The notes below the pieces were generated by a model, which ran no database searches, was not told the DNA's origin, and saw nothing but the letters and a program-made list of their open reading frames with translations. Both the position numbers and the translations under genes were made by a program. From Minutocellus sp. GHC0000111 (taxonomy: Eukaryota), in contig OZ361261.1 in assembly GCA_977018835.1 (NCBI GenBank), positions 248,001 through 312,000 on the forward strand: 64,000 nucleotides of DNA. Reading direction: 5' to 3'. Shown piece after piece: positions 63,991 to 64,000 of this stretch. Each line of letters starts with the position of its first letter. Within the stretch, counting starts at the first letter, position 1.

Positions 63991-64000
63991 AATTCTACCC

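Overview
Gene-dense eukaryotic nuclear DNA, most likely from a diatom. This rests on short GT-AG introns, bipartite signal peptide + ASAF-type plastid targeting sequences and a diatom-style PPR fragment. Recognisable genes are MFAP1 (3' part), a Myb-repeat factor, an ethylene-receptor-like hybrid histidine kinase, a CHTOP/FoP-like RGG protein, an Stc1-type zinc-finger protein, APC1, two plastid/lumen proteins, a Spondin_N protein, a plastid cyclophilin, a PSP1-C protein, an SRPK kinase, a TMEM131-like giant protein and a 5'-incomplete malic enzyme. Many genes are broken by single-base indels, often in homopolymers, which suggests long-read consensus error. Highlights: (1) a ~8.4 kb run of six consecutive type II membrane glycan-modifying genes (GT25-like, SGNH/acyl-like, GT10 fucosyltransferase, GT32-like, exostosin-like, sulfotransferase) between ~310 bp direct repeats, a candidate sulfated fucose-containing polysaccharide locus; (2) an ETR1-type ethylene/copper-binding sensor kinase without a GAF domain; (3) a decayed Sola2-like DDD transposon with a matching non-autonomous element that has a 4 bp TSD; (4) an intronic MITE whose terminus supplies a CTAAC branch point; (5) pervasive stacked TA-palindrome modules that look like transposon excision footprints. 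All family assignments come from motif recognition by eye; no searches were run.
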